From Clostridiales bacterium (GTDB taxonomy: Bacteria; Bacillota; Clostridia; Christensenellales; Aristaeellaceae), in contig SFET01000007.1 in the NCBI GenBank assembly GCA_004557125.1, forward strand, positions 31,561 to 95,560: a stretch of 64,000 nucleotides of DNA. Reading direction: 5' to 3'. The notes below the pieces were generated by a model. It made no database searches. It saw only the letters and a list, made by a program, of their open reading frames with translations, and was not told where the DNA came from. Shown in pieces: positions 63,643 through 64,000 of this stretch. Position 1 is the first letter of the stretch. Each line of letters opens with the position of its first letter. The translations under genes were made by a program, and so were the position numbers.

Positions 63643-64000
63643 TTAGTCCAGATCGCCCACGAAGCAGGCGATGCGCTTGCAGCCCTCCACGATGTTCTGG
63701 CGGCTGGTGGCGTAGCTCAGGCGGGCGAAGTTGTCATCGCCGAAGGCCAGCGCCGGCACCACGGCCACGCGCTTTTCGTTGAGCAGCAGCTCGGCGAAGC
63801 GGCTGGAGCCGTCGATCACCGTGCCCTTGTAGCTGCGGCCGATCACGTTCTGCAAATTCAGCATGATGTAGAACGCGCCCTTGGGCAGGCGGCAGCTCAG
63901 GCCGTCGATCTCGTTGAGCATGCGGTGCATCAGCTTGCGGCGCACGTCGTACTCGGTGATCATGGACTTGATGTAGGTGTCGCCGCAGGAGAGGGCGGTG
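63643..64000 (-). CDS. Class I/II PLP-dependent aminotransferase, C-terminal part (gene continues beyond the right edge)
   Basis: ..LPKGAFYIMLNL......FAELLLNEKRVAVVPALAFGDDNFARLSYATSRQNIVEG.. is a typical AspC-like C-terminus. The frame stays open to the window end. Confidence 0.8.
   Translation of the reverse strand, partial: TALSCGDTYIKSMITEYDVRRKLMHRMLNEIDGLSCRLPKGAFYIMLNLQNVIGRSYKGTVIDGSSRFAELLLNEKRVAVVPALAFGDDNFARLSYATSRQNIVEGCKRIACFVGDLD

Overview
GC-rich chromosomal segment with the gene content of a spore-forming Firmicute (Clostridia-like). This is inferred from yabP-yabQ-divIC, a dnaD/dnaI-type primosome pair, a T-box leader, AddB and YidC/Jag. I support about 60 CDS. Most are housekeeping: replication loader genes, a T-box-controlled aminotransferase-tyrS operon, YigZ, RluA, two Cof-type HAD hydrolases, TrmL, metY-metA, rpmH-rnpA-yidD-yidC-jag, a sugar ABC importer, an [FeFe]-hydrogenase, a HAD-Tmk fusion and AddB. 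Envelope and accessory content is concentrated in five blocks. (1) Two tandem WG-repeat/PstS-like secreted paralogues. (2) An OmpR/HK pair convergent with a six-gene MacB/YknXYZ-like operon carrying three HlyD-like paralogues and a Pro/Thr-repeat protein. (3) An ECF sigma/anti-sigma operon in which both the anti-sigma ectodomain and a secreted paralogue are built from five H-x4-C-x21-C-x2-C modules. (4) Divergently transcribed from block 3, a four-gene operon encoding a MotA/ExbB-like channel protein with a long helical tail, a MotB/OmpA-like partner with a coiled-coil spacer, and two membrane-anchored proteins. (5) A CDP-alditol/teichoic-acid-like cluster. The best candidate for an undescribed system is block 4. 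It is a ZorAB-like stator without any known Zorya effector, in a window that has no flagellar, Tol or TonB genes. The shared intergenic region carries two outward-facing TnAAC-N17-CGTC (ECF-type) promoter motifs, which suggests that the neighbouring ECF sigma factor controls both operons. A small prophage remnant (CI/S24 repressor, GNAT, small terminase, holin-like gene) lies after addB. All family assignments come from motif recognition by eye; no database search was run. Many long ORFs in the track are antisense shadow ORFs caused by GC-rich codon bias and were rejected.
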